From Escherichia coli (GTDB lineage Bacteria; Pseudomonadota; Gammaproteobacteria; Enterobacterales; Enterobacteriaceae), in assembly GCF_003334785.1 (NCBI RefSeq), contig NZ_QOWV01000004.1: 64,000 nucleotides of DNA; one strand, written 5' to 3'. A program made the translations under genes and the position numbers. The notes under the pieces are model-generated. The model saw nothing but the letters and a program-made list of their open reading frames with translations, did no database searches and was not told where the DNA came from. Positions 63,524 through 64,000 of this stretch are shown here, piece by piece (the stretch's first letter is position 1; each line of letters starts with the position of its first letter).

Positions 63524-63569
63524 TAAAACGAAAGGCCCAGTCTTTCGACTGAGCCTTTCGTTTTATTTG
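63524..63569 (-). terminator. rrn T1-like terminator immediately downstream of rrfF
   Basis: Minus-strand AAACGAAAGGCTCAGTCGAAAGACTGGGCCTTTCGTTTTAT, matching the well-known rrnB T1 sequence from memory. Confidence 0.7.
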
Positions 63570-63689
63570 ATGCCTGGCAGTTCCCTACTCTCGCATGGGG
63601 AGACCCCACACTACCATCGGCGCTACGGCGTTTCACTTCTGAGTTCGGCATGGGGTCAGGTGGGACCACCGCGCTACTGCCGCCAGACA
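63570..63689 (-). rRNA. rrfF: 5S ribosomal RNA (distal copy of rrnD), 120 nt
   Basis: Minus-strand match to E. coli 5S; carries U at position 3 (UGUCUGG) and GGCAGUAGCGC variant relative to rrfD. Confidence 0.9.
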
Positions 63690-63726
63690 AATTCTTTTCT
63701 AATCTGCCGAACTTTAACCTAAAAAG

Positions 63727-63802
63727 TGGTGCTGATACCCAGAGTCGAACTGGGGACCTCACCCTTACCAAGGGTGCGCTCTACCAACTGAGCCATATCA
63801 GC
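63727..63802 (-). tRNA. thrV: tRNA-Thr (anticodon GGU), 76 nt with encoded CCA
   Basis: Minus-strand GCTGATATGGCTCAGTTGGTAGAGCGCACCCTTGGTAAGGGTGAGGTCCCCAGTTCGACTCTGGGTATCAGCACCA. Confidence 0.9.
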
Positions 63803-63814
63803 ACGCTAAATTTG

Positions 63815-63934
63815 ATGCCTGGCAGTTCCCTACTCTCGCATGGGGAGACCCCACACTACCATCGGCGCTACGGCGTTTCACTTCTGAGTTCGGCATGGGG
63901 TCAGGTGGGACCACCGCGCTACGGCCGCCAGGCA
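63815..63934 (-). rRNA. rrfD: 5S ribosomal RNA (proximal copy of rrnD), 120 nt
   Basis: Minus-strand exact-looking match to canonical E. coli 5S (UGCCUGGCGGCCGUAGCGCGGUGG...). Confidence 0.9.
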
Positions 63935-64000
63935 AATTCTGTTTTATCAGACCGCTTCTGCGTTCTGATTTAATCTGTATCAGGCTGAAAATCTTCTCTC
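63935..64000 (-). other. 23S-5S spacer of rrnD (window ends before the 23S gene)
   Basis: Minus-strand GAGAGAAGATTTTCAGCCTGATACAGATTAAATCAGAACGCAGAAGCGGTCTGATAAAACAGAATT is the conserved spacer preceding 5S. Confidence 0.6.

Noticed and set aside
63342-63973. Three ORFs (126, 93 and 107 aa) across the rrnD tail
   Set aside because: They overlap the 5S rRNA genes, tRNA-Thr and the rrn terminators; the sequence is structural RNA, not coding.

Overview
This window reads as a contiguous stretch of Escherichia coli core chromosome, from the 3' end of gltB to the distal end of the rrnD ribosomal operon. Gene calls rest on recognising the translated ORFs and their order (gltBD, the cryptic yhc chaperone-usher fimbrial cluster, yhcG, the nan sialic-acid operon, dcuD, sspAB, rplM-rpsI, zapE/zapG, degQ/degS, mdh, argR, aaeRXAB, tldD, yhdP, rng-yhdE-mreBCD, csrD, acuI, accBC, yhdT-panF-prmA, dusB-fis, yhdJ, envR-acrEF, yhdVWXYZ, rrfF-thrV-rrfD); no database search was run. 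Many ORF-track starts were trimmed to the first ATG with a plausible Shine-Dalgarno, because the track extends to upstream GTG/TTG/ATG codons. I found no CRISPR array, prophage, integrase or transposase, and no clear novel multi-gene system. The most unexplained structure is a family of CAGAC-N-GTCTG palindromes: a 3x in-frame 39-bp tandem repeat inside yhcG (a PD-(D/E)XK nuclease-like gene) plus solo copies after gltD and after yhcG. Other items worth a second look are the intact yhc fimbrial operon, the ORF-poor 1 kb before accB, an orphan barstar-like gene (yhcO), an orphan adenine methyltransferase (yhdJ) and an apparently intact yhdWXYZ ABC transporter.
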